This document shows, in pieces, positions 33,015 to 33,067 of a stretch of DNA of 33,067 bases (within the stretch, counting starts at the first letter, position 1; each line of letters opens with the position of its first letter). The stretch comes from Anaerolineae bacterium. Its GTDB lineage: Bacteria; Chloroflexota; Anaerolineae; JBHIDP01. Location of the stretch: NCBI GenBank assembly GCA_046760185.1, contig JBHIDP010000003.1, positions 1 through 33,067 on the forward strand, read 5' to 3'. The translations under genes were made by a program, and so were the position numbers. The notes beneath the pieces were generated by a model. The model was not told the DNA's origin, ran no database searches, and saw nothing but the letters and a program-made list of their open reading frames with translations.

Positions 33015-33067
33015 CTACCACTGCCTTCTCCGTCTGAACCGGCTTCGGATCAGGGTAGCCACCAGGG
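33015..33067 (-). CDS. pstA: 3' end of a probable phosphate ABC permease PstA (cut by the window edge)
   Basis: Reads LVATLIRSRFRRRRQW*, a hydrophobic-then-basic C-terminus typical of PstA. Same strand as pstB and upstream of it. Only 16 aa are visible. Confidence 0.6.
   Translation of the reverse strand, partial: LVATLIRSRFRRRRQW

Noticed and set aside
27729-33020. Target-site duplication bounding the island (GTAGGG near both ends on the minus strand)
   Set aside because: A 6-bp match is too short to distinguish from chance.

Overview
GC-rich bacterial chromosomal window, most likely from Chloroflexota (Anaerolineae-like). That assignment is inferred from Pro/Thr-rich lipoprotein linkers, gene content and repeat types. 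Positions 1-27.7 kb carry housekeeping and accessory genes: a Na/Pi cotransporter, hisS, a YfhO-type membrane protein, an nadK-to-recN operon, an alpha/beta hydrolase, VanW and LysM proteins, a sugar-phosphate-type binding protein/IMPase/phosphodiesterase cluster, an ECF sigma factor with a putative anti-sigma, dppABC-type transporter genes without ATPases, a non-pyrrolysine MttB methyltransferase and a PIG-O/PIG-G-like membrane enzyme. The most notable region is a ~5.3 kb putative anti-phage island lying between pstB and what looks like the 3' end of pstA at the right edge. It holds a Dam-like methyltransferase, an EVE/PUA-like plus PD-(D/E)XK nuclease, an ASCH-methyltransferase fusion and a SIR2-family gene. 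The SIR2 gene is bracketed by two direct copies of a Type IIG restriction-modification gene's 3' tail (the YGLTEEE motif). The window also contains several small palindromic repeat families. Some are nested, and two copies are inserted in frame inside protein-coding genes (recN and a phosphodiesterase). All family assignments come from motif recognition by eye, with no database searches.
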